Assembly (NCBI GenBank): GCA_000004985.1
Contig: GG738861.1
From: Naegleria gruberi
Taxonomy: Eukaryota
Direction: 5' to 3' (one strand)
Length of the DNA: 64,000 nucleotides
The translations under genes were made by a program, and so were the position numbers. The notes beneath the pieces were generated by a model, which was given only the letters and a program-made list of their open reading frames with translations, ran no database searches and was not told where the DNA came from. Below, one piece after another: positions 61,551 through 64,000 of the stretch (position 1 is its first letter; each line of letters starts with the position of its first letter).

Positions 61551-62891
61551 ATGCTCGCCTCCAAGATCGTCCAAAGAACAACCAGCAAGATTTCTTGTTC
61601 CGCAATCAAGAAGAATGACTCTGTTCGTTGTTTCTCATCATCATCTATCATGAATGCCGAAGCTAAAAAGACACTCTTGTATGATTTCCATGCTAAACAT
61701 GAGGCTACTTTTGTTGATTTTGCCGGATACAAGATGCCTGTGATGTATCAATTAAGTAAATTTAAAGATGCCTTGAAGAGAGAACATATGCAATGCAGAA
61801 ATTCTGCAGCTTTGTTTGATGTTTCTCACATGGGTCAAGTTAAAGTTTCTGGTGCTGATGCTCAAGAATTCCTTGAAAAGGTCACACCTGCAAATATTAT
61901 TCAATTGAAGATTAATCAAGCTCGTCTTACACAATTCACCAATGAAAATGGTGGTATTTTGGATGATTTGATGATCACAAAGAAATCCGAATCTAATGGA
62001 GTTTTTGATTTTTATGTTGTTATCAATGCTGCTTGTGTTGATAGTGACATGGCTCATTTGGCTACTCAAGTTTCCACTTTGAAGTGTGATAGAACTGGAA
62101 AGTCATTCAAGGAATCTGATTTAAAGATTGAAATGATTAATGGTAAGAGTTTAATTGCTCTCCAAGGTCCAAAGGCAGTTGAAGCCTTGTTGCCACTTTT
62201 GGAAAATGATACTGCCAGAGAAAGAGTTAAATCATTGAAATTCATGACTTGCTCTGATGAAGTTATTGTTTTACCAGGTGGTGAAAAGACCTCTGTTCAA
62301 GTTTCTAGATGTGGTTATACTGGTGAAGACGGTTTTGAAATTTCAGTTCCAGATCAATCAGTTGTTGCCATGTCAGGTGCCTTGTTGCAAGTTGGTGGTG
62401 CTGAACCATTGGTTGGTTTGGCTGGTTTGGGTTGCAGAGATACTTTGCGTCTTGAAGCTGGTTTGTGTTTGATGGGTCACGATATGACTCCAAAGATTAC
62501 ACCAATTGAAGCTGCTTTGAATTTCACAATTGCTAAGCGTCGTCGTGAAGAAGGTGGTTTCCCAGGTCATCATGTTGTCAAGAAGAATTTGGAAGAAGGT
62601 GTTCAACAATTGAGAGTTGGTTTCTCATATGGTCAAGAATTAGTTGGTTCTGGTAAGCCAGCTGTTATTGCTCGTGAAGGTTATAAATTCAAGGATTTGA
62701 AGACTGGTGAAGAAATTGGTTATGTGACCAGTGGTACTTTGTCACCATGTTTGGGTCATCCAATTGGTATGGGTTATATTAAGAGTGAATTTGCTAAGGA
62801 AGGTACTGAATTTGGTATTCAAATCAGAAACACTTTGCAAGTTGCCAAGATTACCAAGATGCCATTCGTTCCAACCAGATATGCTAAATAA
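61551..62891 (+). CDS. AMT: Aminomethyltransferase (glycine cleavage system T protein), mitochondrial
   Basis: 'LLYDFHAKHEATFVDFAGYKMPVMY', 'LFDVSHMGQVKVSG', 'SRCGYTGEDGFEIS' and 'GLGCRDTLRLEAGLCLMGHDM' are GcvT hallmarks. The N-terminal 35 aa are presequence-like. The real ATG is at 61551; the track start at 61545 is TTG. Confidence 0.88.
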   Translation: MLASKIVQRTTSKISCSAIKKNDSVRCFSSSSIMNAEAKKTLLYDFHAKHEATFVDFAGYKMPVMYQLSKFKDALKREHMQCRNSAALFDVSHMGQVKVSGADAQEFLEKVTPANIIQLKINQARLTQFTNENGGILDDLMITKKSESNGVFDFYVVINAACVDSDMAHLATQVSTLKCDRTGKSFKESDLKIEMINGKSLIALQGPKAVEALLPLLENDTARERVKSLKFMTCSDEVIVLPGGEKTSVQVSRCGYTGEDGFEISVPDQSVVAMSGALLQVGGAEPLVGLAGLGCRDTLRLEAGLCLMGHDMTPKITPIEAALNFTIAKRRREEGGFPGHHVVKKNLEEGVQQLRVGFSYGQELVGSGKPAVIAREGYKFKDLKTGEEIGYVTSGTLSPCLGHPIGMGYIKSEFAKEGTEFGIQIRNTLQVAKITKMPFVPTRYAK

Positions 62892-62956
62892 ATTTACAAT
62901 CCAATTTTGAATCTTGTTCTAAAATTCAACACTTTCTAAAACTCATTACAAAAAAA

Positions 62957-63898
62957 ATGGAAACATTACAAGATGAGTGGATTATTATTTGTTCTTTTAT
63001 GAATGTTAGAAGTTTATTAAATTTTCAATTGGCATGCAGGGATTTCTATCGGATTGGATCTTGTGATATCATATGGAAGAGTATTTATCAATATTATTGG
63101 AAAAGTTGGTCATCAGATTTGCATCCGAATCAAAATATAAAGTTTGGATTGTGTGGTCATCTCTCCATCATTAACAAGGAAATGCCAACAGAAAATTACA
63201 AATATCATGTGATGGGAGTGTATGAATTGCAACATTTAAGAACGGATGGGAAGATTAAATTTCAAAAATATGAGTCAATACTGAAAAAACCACTTGATGA
63301 AATGCATTCGAAAGTGACTCACATGAAGATATCAATTTTAGGAGAAGGAAATGGAGTCACATCTCTGTTGATGAGATTGAAATTAGGAGCATTCCCACAA
63401 ACAGCATTAAATATTGGAAGTCTGCCGGCTATGGAAACCTTTAGGCATGAAACTGTAAAAGAAGGAAGAAAATTCTCAATTGATTTCATTGACCTTTCAG
63501 ATATTGGATATTCACGATTAATGCCATTGCTTTTGTATGGTTGTGATCTTTTCGTTCCAACATTTTCTCTCAATAATGCGCATTCTTCATTTGAAAGAGT
63601 TGAGATCAAGTGGATCCCAACAATTGAACATTACATGTGCAATGCACCAATTATAATATTGGGAACGAAACTAGATGAAAAAAGTAATACACACGTTATT
63701 ACAGAGAAGAAGTTATCACAACAGTCTAATTGTATCACTTATTATGAAATATCAGCACTCACAGCAGATGATGACCAAATGAATCAATTTGTTGAGCTAT
63801 GTGTCAAATCTGTTCTCATGACTCACAAACCAATAATAACAAGTGAGAACAGCTTTGCAACAACTTTTGGAAAACCAAAAAAATGTTTCCTTCAATAG
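62957..63898 (+). CDS. F-box-like N-terminus fused to a degenerate Ras-superfamily small-GTPase-like domain (313 aa)
   Basis: The F-box-like segment is 'WIIICSFMNVRSLLNFQLACRDFYRIGSCDIIWKSI'. The G1-like 'KISILGEGNGVTSLLM' lacks the P-loop Lys/Ser. The G4 motif 'ILGTKLDE' (N/TKxD) is retained. The later part resembles a Rho/Ras fold ('ISALTADDDQMNQFVELCVKSVL'). Confidence 0.45.
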   Translation: METLQDEWIIICSFMNVRSLLNFQLACRDFYRIGSCDIIWKSIYQYYWKSWSSDLHPNQNIKFGLCGHLSIINKEMPTENYKYHVMGVYELQHLRTDGKIKFQKYESILKKPLDEMHSKVTHMKISILGEGNGVTSLLMRLKLGAFPQTALNIGSLPAMETFRHETVKEGRKFSIDFIDLSDIGYSRLMPLLLYGCDLFVPTFSLNNAHSSFERVEIKWIPTIEHYMCNAPIIILGTKLDEKSNTHVITEKKLSQQSNCITYYEISALTADDDQMNQFVELCVKSVLMTHKPIITSENSFATTFGKPKKCFLQ

Positions 63899-64000
63899 AA
63901 ACTCGGTAATGTTTATTTGACAAAGTATTTGCTGTAAAAGGATTTGAGTGGCTGTAGGGTCTCTTGACTTTCAGTCATGCTATTGGACTGTGAAACATGA

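Noticed and set aside
1-64000. Prokaryotic features: operons, CRISPR arrays, rRNA, defence islands, mobile elements with terminal inverted repeats.
   Set aside because: The sequence is clearly eukaryotic. It has spliceosomal introns, an intronless Pol III tRNA with internal A and B boxes, and eukaryote-specific proteins (proteasome lid, TFIIF, G-alpha, HUS1). I found no CRISPR-like direct repeats, no rRNA-like stretches, and no long terminal or inverted repeat pairs.

Overview
This looks like eukaryotic nuclear DNA, not prokaryotic. It is AT-rich, at roughly one-third GC by eye, and very gene-dense: about 40 genes sit on both strands with 0.1-0.7 kb spacers. Most genes are single long ORFs. 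I could support a handful of short spliceosomal introns near the 5' ends of genes. They are 40-59 nt (one candidate is 278 nt), begin GTAAGT, GTATGT or GTATAG, and end in AG; the ORF track misses all of them. Proteins are rich in Asn, Ser, Thr, Gln and Lys/Glu low-complexity runs. Together this suggests an AT-rich unicellular eukaryote, possibly an amoebozoan or dictyostelid-like protist. That organism call is an inference only. Note also that the ORF track sometimes uses TTG as a start (for example at 4270, 50192 and 61545), so several listed start coordinates are not real ATGs.

Recognisable content:
- Four proteasome genes: alpha-4, beta-7, beta-5 and the lid subunit Rpn5/PSMD12.
- A DNA-metabolism neighbourhood: a polynucleotide-kinase-like/SWIM/HMG-box multidomain protein, a HUS1-like checkpoint clamp subunit, a RecQ/BLM-type helicase and TFIIF-alpha.
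- A mitochondrial P5C dehydrogenase whose presequence is on its own exon, glycine-cleavage T protein, cysteine synthase, an RtcB-like RNA ligase and a FkbM-type methyltransferase.
- An F-box/JmjC oxygenase, a PGAP4-like split glycosyltransferase, a CD225/dispanin-like protein, a Nudix-eIF2B-like fusion and an intronless tRNA-Phe(GAA).

There are also several frame-disrupted or decayed genes: a mitochondrial carrier, a G-alpha, a kinase relic and a prolyl-tRNA synthetase pseudogene. I saw no CRISPR arrays, rRNA genes or obvious transposons. The most unusual items are the multidomain protein with six acidic 'FGNIFFSK' repeats, a multi-pass membrane protein with a canonical C-terminal HMG box, the Nudix-isomerase fusion, and the non-random clustering of proteasome genes.
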